From: Sulfolobales archaeon
Lineage (GTDB): Archaea > Thermoproteota > Thermoprotei_A > Sulfolobales > AG1
Assembly (NCBI GenBank): GCA_038867615.1
Contig: JAWBYA010000001.1
Span: 544,001-608,000, forward strand
DNA: 64,000 bases
Direction of reading: 5' to 3'
Positions 51,182 through 60,959 of this stretch are shown piece by piece. Position numbers and translations under genes: made by a program. Below the pieces are notes generated by a model. That model saw only the letters and a program-made list of their open reading frames with translations. It was not told the DNA's origin and did not search any database. Position 1 is the stretch's first letter. Each line of letters opens with the position of its first letter.

Positions 51182-51822
51182 ACCATATTACCAAGGATCA
51201 TTTTTAGGAATGGGTTGCTTCTCTTCTCATCCCCTATCGTGCTTGGCGGTCCATGGCCTGGATAGACTATTAGATCTTCGTTGAGGGTCGCGATCTTCTT
51301 GAGACTCTCCATCAAGTCAGCCCAGGATCCTCCGGGGAAATCTGTCCTACCCACACTACCCCTAAACAGGGTATCTCCCGTGAACACTAGATCCTCCCCC
51401 ACGAGACACACGCTCCCAGGCGTGTGGCCAGGTGTTTCTATCACCCTCAGCTCCTCATCCCCGATCCTCACTACGCTTCCCTCGGCCAGGTCGGCGTCTG
51501 GGTCGCTGATCTCTTCCCCCATGATACCATAGCCCCCTGCTACTCTATGGGCTATCCTAACAAGCCATAGATCTTTCTTGTTAATTGCAAAGGGGGCTCT
51601 ATACCTCTTCCTAAGATCCTCCACGGCTAGTATATGGTCGAAATGACCGTGGGTGGCTATTATTGCTGTTACTTTAAGTCCTTTCGAATCAATGATTCTC
51701 GAGATCTTCTCAGCCTCACCCCCAGGATCTATTATTATTGCCTCGTTATGGTTTGAGACGATATAGCAGTTCGTGTAGAGAGGCCCCACAACTATTCTCT
51801 CTACCTTCAGTTTTCTCCCCAA
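51178..51822 (-). CDS. MBL-fold metallo-hydrolase (glyoxalase II-like)
   Basis: TNCY, THGHFDH, TPGHTPGS, FTGDTLF and PGHG motifs; start trimmed to TTG 51822. Confidence 0.9.
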   Translation of the reverse strand: MGRKLKVERIVVGPLYTNCYIVSNHNEAIIIDPGGEAEKISRIIDSKGLKVTAIIATHGHFDHILAVEDLRKRYRAPFAINKKDLWLVRIAHRVAGGYGIMGEEISDPDADLAEGSVVRIGDEELRVIETPGHTPGSVCLVGEDLVFTGDTLFRGSVGRTDFPGGSWADLMESLKKIATLNEDLIVYPGHGPPSTIGDEKRSNPFLKMILGNMV

Positions 51823-51865
51823 GATTTCTTGTGATGTACTATTTATTTTACGCTGACCCATATTC

Positions 51866-53038
51866 TTGGTGAGCATTGTGTTCGTGACATCTGTTGTTGG
51901 GAGTTTCCCACGCCCCAAGTGGCTTATCGAGGCTAGAAGGGCTTTTGAGGAGGGTAGGATTTCGAGGGAGGAGCTTAGGGAGTATGAGGATGATGCTGTT
52001 AAGGTTGTTGTTAAGGAGCAAGAGATGGTTGGGGTTGAGGTTATAAGTGATGGTGAGTATAGGAGGTTCTCTTTCCTCGGCTTTGTTGGTGAGAAGGTTG
52101 AGGGTTTCTCGCTAGTCCCGGTCTCCAGGCTTGCAGTCTCAGCAGAGGCTAGGAGTGCTATTGAGGCTATGAGTTTCCCCGAGCGTGCTGTGAGGAATCC
52201 TGTTGTTGTGGGTAGGATTTCGAGGCCAAGGCCTATGGCTTTGGATGAGCTTCTATTCCTCAAGGGTGTAACGTCGAGGGCTGTTAAGATAGCCCTGCCC
52301 TCTCCTTATACGATCTATTGGAATGCTTGGCACCACGAGCTCAGCAAGCCCTACTACCCATCACCAGACGCAATGATCCAGGACTATATAAAGGTACTTA
52401 GGCAGGAGATAGCGGAGCTCTTCGAAAAGGGGGCTGATTTCGTGCAGCTAGACGAGCCTGCCATGGGTAACCTTGTAGAGGCTGGCGATGATAAGCCTGA
52501 CAGGTATAAGAGGCTTCTCACAGCACTCAACGGGATCAGGTATAGAGGGTTTAGGGACGAGCTAGCCCTCGCAGTAGACCTGATCAACGAGGCTGTGAAG
52601 GGCTTTGGAGGAAGGATCGGTGTGCATATATGCAGAGGGAACTGGCCAGCCCCAGAGGAATACCTAATAAAAGGAGGCTACGAGAAACTAATGCCCGCAA
52701 TGCTTGATATGAAGGCAAAACAACTGGTCCTCGAATACGCAACACCCAGAGCAGGATCTATAGAAGCTTTCAAGGAATACACGTGGGGGGGAGAGATAGG
52801 GCTGGGCGTTATCGATGTTAAGAACCCCGAGGTCGAGACCCCCGAGGTTATAGTAAAAAGGGTTGAGAGGGCACTAAGATACTTCGACCCGGAGAAAATC
52901 TGGCTCAACCCGGACTGCGGCTTCGCATCAGGCCTCCCATGGCCGGTAAGCACTAGAAATATAGCCCTGGAAAAGCTGAGAAACATGGTCAAGGCCTCGG
53001 GGATCCTGAGGATGAGGTATAGAGCTTCTGAGAGGTAG
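51866..53038 (+). CDS. Cobalamin-independent methionine synthase II family protein (C-terminal MetE-like)
   Basis: VGSFPRP, DGEYRR, QLDEP, HICRGN, LEY and NPDCGF Zn-site motifs. Confidence 0.88.
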   Translation: MVSIVFVTSVVGSFPRPKWLIEARRAFEEGRISREELREYEDDAVKVVVKEQEMVGVEVISDGEYRRFSFLGFVGEKVEGFSLVPVSRLAVSAEARSAIEAMSFPERAVRNPVVVGRISRPRPMALDELLFLKGVTSRAVKIALPSPYTIYWNAWHHELSKPYYPSPDAMIQDYIKVLRQEIAELFEKGADFVQLDEPAMGNLVEAGDDKPDRYKRLLTALNGIRYRGFRDELALAVDLINEAVKGFGGRIGVHICRGNWPAPEEYLIKGGYEKLMPAMLDMKAKQLVLEYATPRAGSIEAFKEYTWGGEIGLGVIDVKNPEVETPEVIVKRVERALRYFDPEKIWLNPDCGFASGLPWPVSTRNIALEKLRNMVKASGILRMRYRASER

Positions 53039-53042
53039 TTCT

Positions 53043-53615
53043 GTGGGTTTAGAGGATCTATTGCTCATAATATTATCAGTAATAATAGGTGTCTTTACCT
53101 ATATATTGCTCCCAATGAGGTGGGGAGCTGCTTATTCCCCATCGCCCAGGGCAAAGATCTCCACGGTCTTGAGGAGTGTGATAGAGACCTACTATAAGGA
53201 TAAAGATGTAGTGAGGATAATAGATCTAGGCTCGGGCTTCGGGAGGGTTTGTTTCGAGGCTGTCAAGATAGACCGCAGGGTTGTGTGCCACGGGGTAGAT
53301 ATAGATCCTCTCAAGATCCTCTGGAGCAAAGCTATAGCCAGGATCAAGGGTATTGATGCAAGAGCCACTTTCACCAGGGGGAATATACTTGAGATAGATC
53401 TAGAGGGCTATGATATTATATACATGTTTCTATGGCCAGGGATCGTCTTGAAAATCGAGGAAAAGATCCTGAAGGAGGTGAGGAAAGAATGCATAGTCAT
53501 ATCCCTGGAACACCCCCTCAGACTGCTTAAAAGCGAGAAGGTAGATGACTTCTACATAGCATTCATAGACAGTGCCAAAGAAATCAAAAACAAAGAGGCG
53601 GTGAACATAGCATAG
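53043..53615 (+). CDS. Membrane-anchored class I SAM-dependent methyltransferase
   Basis: N-terminal TM, GAAYSPS, IDLGSGFGR and YMFL motifs. Confidence 0.85.
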   Translation: MGLEDLLLIILSVIIGVFTYILLPMRWGAAYSPSPRAKISTVLRSVIETYYKDKDVVRIIDLGSGFGRVCFEAVKIDRRVVCHGVDIDPLKILWSKAIARIKGIDARATFTRGNILEIDLEGYDIIYMFLWPGIVLKIEEKILKEVRKECIVISLEHPLRLLKSEKVDDFYIAFIDSAKEIKNKEAVNIA

Positions 53616-53977
53616 AAACCACCATACCCATAGCTACTATTTAGAGGATCTCTTTAAAACCTTAATAGACCGCAGAAGGCTTTGAATATGATAGATTAGG
53701 AGGCTATTATATCAACAAGAGATAAGAGAAGTGGGAAGAAAGGAGCCTCACTGGCCATTCTAAGAGAGAAAGGCTTTAAGAGAAGTTTGAGGGCTCATTA
53801 AAGACGTGATAACCTATATAGACTTCTACAGAAGCATCTCGCCTAAAGTCCTGGGGATACTCTGATGCTGCTAGTCTTGTTGATATTATGAAAAGTGTTA
53901 ACTAGCGATGCTAGAATCTATCGTTTTTATAGAGGAAAAATAATATGGACGGTTCAAAAATTCGATGGTGATGCGTT

Positions 53978-54697
53978 GTGAGCTCTGTGAATATAAGTGT
54001 GAGGATAGGGAGAGGGTTTCGGGATCTTGTGGAAGAGATACAGAGTGCTAGGAAGCGTGTGTGGGTTATGAGTCCGTGGATATCGCCTGAGTATGCTCAG
54101 CTGCTTGTTAGGAAGGCTTCGGAGGGGGTTGATGTGAGGGTCTTTACGACAGATGATCTTGGGAATAGGAGTCATGTGGGCGGGTTAATGGAGCTGATTG
54201 AGGCGAGAAGAGTGGTTATAAGGCCTGCGAGCCCTCTCGCTAGAAGGTTAGGGTTTATATTGTTTCTCCTAGGTCTTGTGGCCGTATTTATCGTGCTACC
54301 TGCTGGGGTTCTCATGATGATCGCTGGTGCGGCTATATATCTAATGTGGGGAAGGGATAGGCTTGGGATTCGCTATTTCTCGAAGGTTGGTGAGGGAAGG
54401 CTTGTAATATACCACTCAGAACCCCTTAACATGGTTCATGCTAAGATATATGTGGTTGACGATCATGCAGCGGTCGGTTCTGTTAACTTTACGAGAAGCG
54501 GTGTGGAGAGTAATTTTGAATGTCTGGTAAAGATCAGAGATCCCTTAGTAGTGGAGGAGATCGTTAACAGGCTAGGCTCTCTAGGCAATGACCCAGAGTT
54601 GCGGGAAATACCTGTTGACAAGATAGGGTGGGAAATTCTACCAGTTGAGGAGAAATCCCGCATCATGGGACTGATCGAATCTCTCTTCAAGAGATAA
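53978..54697 (+). CDS. Phospholipase D-like (single HKD) protein with internal TM hairpin
   Basis: SARKRVWVMSPWIS, GVDVRV, HAKIYVVD...GSVNFT...NFE; hydrophobic insert LGFILFLLGLVAVFIVLPAGVLMMIAGAAIYLMW. Confidence 0.82.
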   Translation: MSSVNISVRIGRGFRDLVEEIQSARKRVWVMSPWISPEYAQLLVRKASEGVDVRVFTTDDLGNRSHVGGLMELIEARRVVIRPASPLARRLGFILFLLGLVAVFIVLPAGVLMMIAGAAIYLMWGRDRLGIRYFSKVGEGRLVIYHSEPLNMVHAKIYVVDDHAAVGSVNFTRSGVESNFECLVKIRDPLVVEEIVNRLGSLGNDPELREIPVDKIGWEILPVEEKSRIMGLIESLFKR

Positions 54698-54772
54698 ACT
54701 TTTTGCTAGTGAAGGCTGAGAGCCGCTATATTTAGGTTTTTTACCTACACCTCGATATAGCTTGCTAGCTAA

Positions 54773-55450
54773 CTAGCTTACTAGCTGTGCGTAGTAGCTA
54801 TCTATATCGCCTTTCCATTTCTCGTCTTCGTATTCTGGGAATTTCTTTACGCGGCATCTTGGTTTGGCTATTATTTCTCTCACCTCGAAGTCTTTGAAGA
54901 AGTTCATGCTATAGGCTGTTCTCACGACGAGCGCTGTGTCTAGCCCTTTGTATGTACCTCCGCATGATACTACCTCCTCGCCCTCTTCTATCTCGCCTGC
55001 GTCTGTTGCTATTATTGCGGCTTCTATTGCTATTTTTGTGCCTGCTCCGAAGATCTCGAGGGTTTTGTCTATGATAGCCTCCGGAGTCGGGTATTTCCAG
55101 TTTAGCGAGCGTGATGGTGGTGCGAACGGCCTTGTTCCCTGAACGATCCTGCATCCATGCTCCTCGAGCTTTTTGAGATTCTTTAGATACTCCTTTCGCT
55201 TCAGCCCTATCGGGATGCTCCCCCTAGGCCCCCAGGTCTCGGCTGGGTAGTGGGTCACAACAATGATCCTGATATTTGTTCCCCTGAATATCTCTAGGGC
55301 TTTCAAAGCACTCCTCCCCGTTTCCGAAGCGATCACGACTTTATTGATACCTGTGTTCTCGCAGTATAGCCTAACCAGTGAGAGAAGCTTCTCAGTGTTC
55401 ACCTCACCGCAGTACTGGAAATAGGTAACCTTCCTCTCAATATCAGCCAT
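54773..55450 (-). CDS. Pyruvate kinase alpha/beta domain-containing protein (COG1751-like)
   Basis: YF...GEVNTE, VVIASETGRSA, VVTH, FGAGTKIAIE, ATDAG and GLDTA motifs. Confidence 0.82.
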   Translation of the reverse strand: MADIERKVTYFQYCGEVNTEKLLSLVRLYCENTGINKVVIASETGRSALKALEIFRGTNIRIIVVTHYPAETWGPRGSIPIGLKRKEYLKNLKKLEEHGCRIVQGTRPFAPPSRSLNWKYPTPEAIIDKTLEIFGAGTKIAIEAAIIATDAGEIEEGEEVVSCGGTYKGLDTALVVRTAYSMNFFKDFEVREIIAKPRCRVKKFPEYEDEKWKGDIDSYYAQLVS

Positions 55451-55883
55451 AAACGTTCACCCATGAGCAGAATTCCAAGTCTCTATAAATACTACACATA
55501 AGATCTTCAAGTGTTTTAAGACGATCCGAGCGTGTAAGCATTCTGTGAGTATATTTATATAGTTTCGGGGGTAAGATGCTTAAGAAGATCATTCTATGAA
55601 AGATCGACAAACTACACCGAGCCTGTGTCCAAGGGTCTTGAAAAATACATCGAGCATTACATCGCTGAAAAGCGGCAGGGGTTGATAGGCTTACACATCT
55701 CTCCAAGGGGTGCTGGAAATCTGTAGAAAGAAGGCTCTCTAAAGAATCTGCTCTAGGCTGTCATGGGCTAGACAAGCGAGTTACGAAGATCTGGGTCGAG
55801 ATTCCAAGTCCCTAAAACAAACCTCCGCATGGATATAAACTTTATAAACTATGAAGCATAGATTCTAATGAAGGGAGTCTAAC

Positions 55884-57317
55884 TTGAGAGAGGAAACTAT
55901 AAGACTTGGGCTTAACCTTCCTCTCTTTGTAGCTGCTTTGGTCGCGTTAGGAACAGGTACTCTTGTAGGTATGATGGGCATTTGGGGAGCAGCGGCTTGG
56001 GGGAGGCCTGTTCCAGAGTGGGAGAAGGTTGGCCATGCCCATGCTTCGTGGTGGGCTGTTCTTATCATGATAGCCTCGATGGTCTTACCCAGCCTGCAGC
56101 TAAAGCCATGGGCTAAAAAGCTGATAATAGCGGGGACCTTTGCTGGACCAGTCCTCTGGGTTGGTGTGTTGGCCAGCTACTATGAGATAGGAGGGCCAAA
56201 GATATGGAGGTTTGAGGCCATAACTGCTCCTGGGAGTTATTACGAGATCCCCTTGCTGGGGCTCTTGGCCGGTATTTTCGAGTTTCTGGGATTGCTAGCC
56301 CTTGGTGCGGTTGCCCTTTCAGCCTCGGGGGTAAAAATCCCCATAATATCCTCTAAAGAGCCTCCGCCTAGATCTAAGTACGAGTTTGTCTCCGATATTG
56401 AGGTGCCTCGAAAGATCTTCCTGCTCCCCACGGTGATGGTGGTTATCAGCGTTATAATAGGTTTCGCTATTACTACGACCTTCAAGATAACCCATAGCCC
56501 GATATCGCCAGCCGCTCTGGTTCAGCTGCACGACCATATAGCCCTCATAGCTACTAGCGCTGTGATAGCGCTGCTGACCCTCAGAATCCTGGGCGTTGGG
56601 GAGAGGATCTTCAACCTAGGCTATCGACTCATGCAGATAGCCCTCCCCTTACTCCTAGTCGGTTTGTTAGCCTTCACCCTCGGAGGCTTCCACAGCATAG
56701 TCTGGGTCGCGCCTGCCGGGATATACTATCTACTCTTATTGATCGCGCTCTCAGCCTGCATAGGGTTCTTCATAGCCAGAGGTCGAGCAGACCCGACCCG
56801 CACTCCTCTTAGAACAGCGCTTGCCGTATGCTTTGTCGGCTTAGCAATCCTAATACCTGTGGGCGCATATATAGCCCTGGTATGGGATACCAATCCAAAC
56901 GTCACGGTTACGTATAAGCAGCCTGCAGGAGAAACCTACCCAGGGCCCTATCCTAAGCAGTACATAGGCACGGCCCCGGTGGTGGGCACGCCGAGAGGTC
57001 TTGAGAACGCCCATCTAAGCCCTGGAAGCTGGTTCCACGTAGCCATAACGTGGCTCTTGATACTAATCCTCGTGGGGAACCAGCTCTTCACAGGATTGAT
57101 CAACAAGCCCGGGATGATCTACCTCTACGCCGTTACAATTCCAATGGCACCGCTCTTCAACATGCTCGGCAGATTCCTAGCCTGGCTAGGCATACCCAAC
57201 GGCATAGGAGCCCTCTGGTTCGCAGGACACCCCATCAAGGGCTTTAACCTCATCAGCCTCTTCATCGTAGCACTGATAGCCATATACATACTTTCCAAAA
57301 AGCACCGCAGCGAGTAG
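55884..57317 (+). CDS. Polytopic membrane protein (~12 TM) with repeated His motifs
   Basis: Three 4-TM units carrying GHAH, LHDH and AHLS...WFH. Confidence 0.75.
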   Translation: MREETIRLGLNLPLFVAALVALGTGTLVGMMGIWGAAAWGRPVPEWEKVGHAHASWWAVLIMIASMVLPSLQLKPWAKKLIIAGTFAGPVLWVGVLASYYEIGGPKIWRFEAITAPGSYYEIPLLGLLAGIFEFLGLLALGAVALSASGVKIPIISSKEPPPRSKYEFVSDIEVPRKIFLLPTVMVVISVIIGFAITTTFKITHSPISPAALVQLHDHIALIATSAVIALLTLRILGVGERIFNLGYRLMQIALPLLLVGLLAFTLGGFHSIVWVAPAGIYYLLLLIALSACIGFFIARGRADPTRTPLRTALAVCFVGLAILIPVGAYIALVWDTNPNVTVTYKQPAGETYPGPYPKQYIGTAPVVGTPRGLENAHLSPGSWFHVAITWLLILILVGNQLFTGLINKPGMIYLYAVTIPMAPLFNMLGRFLAWLGIPNGIGALWFAGHPIKGFNLISLFIVALIAIYILSKKHRSE

Positions 57318-57766
57318 AAGACCACCTTCCATCAACCATTTTCTTTTTACCCGATACCTGGCTTATCGATGGAAGATATATATTATATTATGATGTATGG
57401 TAAAAAGCGCTTCTTCTCAAGAGAGACTTATAAACATTAGATCTTCCGGCTATAGAGTTCCGAACAGCAATGTAAAAAAACGATCTCGTAGCTCGTAGAT
57501 AGAATCCTACACTGCAGGCTCAGCTGCGCTCATGAACCCATAGAGATCCCTAGATCCTTTGTAAACGGGGATAGGAGCCCTAAGCGGTGAACAGCCATAA
57601 CCATATGAACATAACCGCCCTTGAGCTAAAAATCAATGCTGAATCGCTTTTAACCCCTGGCAGATCGACTTTACCTTAGCCATCCTTACCCTGCTTATAA
57701 GCTTTTATCGGGGTGATCCTTAGGTGTTAATATCTGGAGAAGGGTAGAAAGGAGGCTAAGATAGGT

Positions 57767-58480
57767 TTGAGTAGCGAGAAAGAAATAATTAGCATGATAA
57801 ACACCAACAGCATATTTAGAGATAGGTTGAAAGAATGTTTAGACATCCTCGGCTTTACCCTTAAAGAAGAGATTAAGGCTTATAAGGATAATGTAAAGAC
57901 AGATATCCTTATAAGAATAGATGATGAAATAGGTATAAGCGTAAAATCTAGCACGGGAACAAGTTTTCATAATCTCGATAGAAGACGCCTTGAAGAATGG
58001 AGGAGCATATTAAATATGCCTGATGAGATCTTCGAGACTATAAAGAGATCAATACTGCGGGTTGCCAGGAATCCGAGAGATAAATTTATAATGGAAGCAG
58101 ATAGAGCCAAGATAAAGGAATTCCTCACCATGCACGTCAAGACAATAATAGATGAGATCTTTGTGAAAGGAGAGCGGAATCTAAAAATACTAATGATAAA
58201 CAATAAACAAACGAGAAAAATCTATGTCTTCAATATGGATGACGTTCTCAACTTCCTATATAATAATGCCAGGAACATAGGCTTCAGCGATAAGGGGATT
58301 ATAAAGCTCGGTGATTTTATTACAATCCAGAGAAAAGGCGGTGATGGGAAGCATGTAACCATTCCTAAGACCGACTGGAATCACCCGGGTAACCAGTTAC
58401 AGTTTAAATTCTCACCTTTAAAATTCGCAGAATATGTTGTGGAAAGAAGGGTTATTAGGTTTTGTGTTCTCGAATACTAG
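57767..58480 (+). CDS. Putative type II restriction endonuclease, HinP1I-like
   Basis: KTD...ISVK PD-(D/E)XK variant, FHNLDRR, IQRKGGD and NQLQFK motifs recalled from the HinP1I family; adjacent methyltransferase. Confidence 0.72.
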   Translation: MSSEKEIISMINTNSIFRDRLKECLDILGFTLKEEIKAYKDNVKTDILIRIDDEIGISVKSSTGTSFHNLDRRRLEEWRSILNMPDEIFETIKRSILRVARNPRDKFIMEADRAKIKEFLTMHVKTIIDEIFVKGERNLKILMINNKQTRKIYVFNMDDVLNFLYNNARNIGFSDKGIIKLGDFITIQRKGGDGKHVTIPKTDWNHPGNQLQFKFSPLKFAEYVVERRVIRFCVLEY

Positions 58481-60545
58481 ATTCATAGTTGAGTAATAAT
58501 TGATAAAGGTTTCTAACGGTTTTGTCAGCGTTCTCCAGTTTGATCGCCTCGGCTATGGATAGGTCTAGCCTATATCTATACTCTTTATCTAGCTGATCCC
58601 AGAAAGGTGGTAAGGGTTTATCTAGTATGTCGCTAACATTTTTACACAGCTTGGAGGCAGTCTCATCATCGATTATGCTTATGTTGATTATGGGTAGCTC
58701 AAGGTAATCGCTTTCCAGGAATCTTGTCCATGTCTCCGAGATTTTTCTACCCAGCAGTATGAGTGTTGAGATGAAAATCGCGCTATTGAACCATCCTGTG
58801 AGGATCTTGGAAGCCTTTTCATCTATATATTTTATTATATAGAAGTTCTTCGAAGCAGCTATTTTCTCGCTGGTATAGTTTGCGAAAACTCCTCTTCGCT
58901 TGAAGGTCAAATCCACTTTATCTGGTATGAATATGTGTCCAAACGGTTTTTTAGTCATCATCTGTTTATAAACATGGCTATACCAGTATTTCCCATAGGA
59001 GTTTATAGCCGGCTTTGCGGTACCAGACTTAACTCCCCACTCAATATAATGTTGCAAGTCCTCTGGCAAGCTCTTAAGCTCTAGCGGGGGGATAGAGAGC
59101 ATATATGTATCTGCTTTTGCTTCAATTGTATAACTATAAAGGCTTGGCTTACGAAGGGTCCTTACTAAGAACTCCCTGCTTATGGTTAATCTAAGCCTGC
59201 TCTCAATATTCTCTATTTCTACAAATCCGTTATTCTCTCTTAAAATGCGCCAATACTTATTAGGTAGGAAAAAGAATTCGGGTCCATACATCTCAACCCC
59301 TCTGATAATGCTTTTTCTACCCAGCACATCGTTCCAGTATCCCAGCGTACCGTTTTTTAAACCCTGCCTAAATATGTCGACCACGATATTTCTAAGCTCA
59401 TCCTCCCCAAAGAGTGCTAGCCAGTTAATATCAAGGAATCGTGGTAGATCGTTAATATTGAATAGGTTTACTTTATGATAGGGTTCGCGCCTATCCATGA
59501 CAGCCTTGGCAAGCTCTTCAGGATTGTCATCTAATTCGGCAAACACTGTTAGCCTGTTCTTATCCTTATCAGGCTTTTTAACAGCTATTAAAATAACTTC
59601 TTTAAACCCACTATCCTCAGAGAACGATGGTCTAGATGAATGCTCAACCATGCCGAGAACCTCATAGCTTTCTTTTAATAAAGACTTGTACCCCTTTCCA
59701 TATATTGTGTAGAATGTGGATGCTGGTAGGACAGATACTATCAAGCCGCCTTTATTTAATGCGTAGTCAGATAGGAACATAGAGAGTGTTTGGAGGCTGA
59801 CTTCCCCTCTAGTAATGTATCTCCCATAACCCAGCATATTTATAACCCTAAGTATGTAGTTCCGATAATTCCCCTCTAGATATTTCCACCTAGTGAAAGG
59901 CGGGTTTGTTAAAATAATATCTGCTCTTGGTAGTTTAGCCTGAGCAAGTCGAGGCATAGCTTCGGGTATAACTTTAAACGCGTCTCCCACAATCACGGTG
60001 ATAAGATCCCTCCTCCCCCCTGTTGCGGAGAGTAGTGATGCGTATGCAACTAAAGCTGGTAAAGGTAGAGGCTCGATACCCCAAACCTTCTGTAGCCTTT
60101 CAACCCCGATTTTTCTTATTGCCGCTGTTAGGGTTCGTGCTGAGCCGAGGAAAGGGTCTGCGAGAACTACCTTATCTTTTTTTAAATTCCTCAGATAGTG
60201 CTGTGTTACGGAGGACATGAAATGAGTACCCGAATCAATAGTATAATAAGCAGCAAACCTCTTCCTCACAGCCTGAGGTATAAGCTTTTGAACTTGAACC
60301 TGACAATCACTAATAGAGATATTTGGCTTTGACAATTCCGACTTAATAGCTCTAATCTCTTCAGGGTTTAACCTTTCTAGGTTAGGGAGTATCGGAGCAT
60401 CCCAAGTTCTCAATGATTCCAGATCTCCGTCCTTGTTGTATAGCATTATAACATTTAAACTAGCTATGAGGATCCTAAAACTCTCAGGAATAGCAGGCTC
60501 TATGCCCAGCTTCTGAAGTATACTATTCAGCTTTACACCCACCAC
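58455..60545 (-). CDS. N6-adenine/N4-cytosine DNA methyltransferase (gamma-type) with C-terminal TRD
   Basis: AYYT, DPFLGSA (motif I) preceding LTNPPF (motif IV), LNKGG..VLP. Confidence 0.85.
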   Translation of the reverse strand: MVGVKLNSILQKLGIEPAIPESFRILIASLNVIMLYNKDGDLESLRTWDAPILPNLERLNPEEIRAIKSELSKPNISISDCQVQVQKLIPQAVRKRFAAYYTIDSGTHFMSSVTQHYLRNLKKDKVVLADPFLGSARTLTAAIRKIGVERLQKVWGIEPLPLPALVAYASLLSATGGRRDLITVIVGDAFKVIPEAMPRLAQAKLPRADIILTNPPFTRWKYLEGNYRNYILRVINMLGYGRYITRGEVSLQTLSMFLSDYALNKGGLIVSVLPASTFYTIYGKGYKSLLKESYEVLGMVEHSSRPSFSEDSGFKEVILIAVKKPDKDKNRLTVFAELDDNPEELAKAVMDRREPYHKVNLFNINDLPRFLDINWLALFGEDELRNIVVDIFRQGLKNGTLGYWNDVLGRKSIIRGVEMYGPEFFFLPNKYWRILRENNGFVEIENIESRLRLTISREFLVRTLRKPSLYSYTIEAKADTYMLSIPPLELKSLPEDLQHYIEWGVKSGTAKPAINSYGKYWYSHVYKQMMTKKPFGHIFIPDKVDLTFKRRGVFANYTSEKIAASKNFYIIKYIDEKASKILTGWFNSAIFISTLILLGRKISETWTRFLESDYLELPIINISIIDDETASKLCKNVSDILDKPLPPFWDQLDKEYRYRLDLSIAEAIKLENADKTVRNLYQLLLNYESSIREHKT

Positions 60546-60959
60546 ACTCCCTACTATTATATTTATGCTTATTTAGGTTTTCTACCTATTTCCCTAATCT
60601 CTTAAGCCATTTTTCTCACAATCTCTCCATGCTTTTAATCCTAGTAGATCAACTTTAACCTTATCTTACTTATAAGCTATTACGCAATTGACGATCCATA
60701 ATGTTAATGATCGAAACAGCTCTGACCTTGATGAAGGTAGGAGTGATAGAGGCTGATGTGTTGAGATATTAGCAGCTATGAAACTCGAAACCATAATGGA
60801 ACAGGCTTTAATGTTATCGACAAACCGTCGTTAATAGTGAAAGTAATGATCGCTGGGAAGCTTGGTGAATAATAAAGAGAGCTATAGTAGATCTTGTGGT
60901 AAGGATTTTAGACATGTGAGCGCTTTATTACCAAGCATGCCTTCTTATTTTAATGGGCT

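Noticed and set aside
51823-52263. N-terminal 146 aa extension of the MBL hydrolase ORF
   Set aside because: It is the antisense shadow of the metE-like gene; the MBL domain begins near TTG 51822
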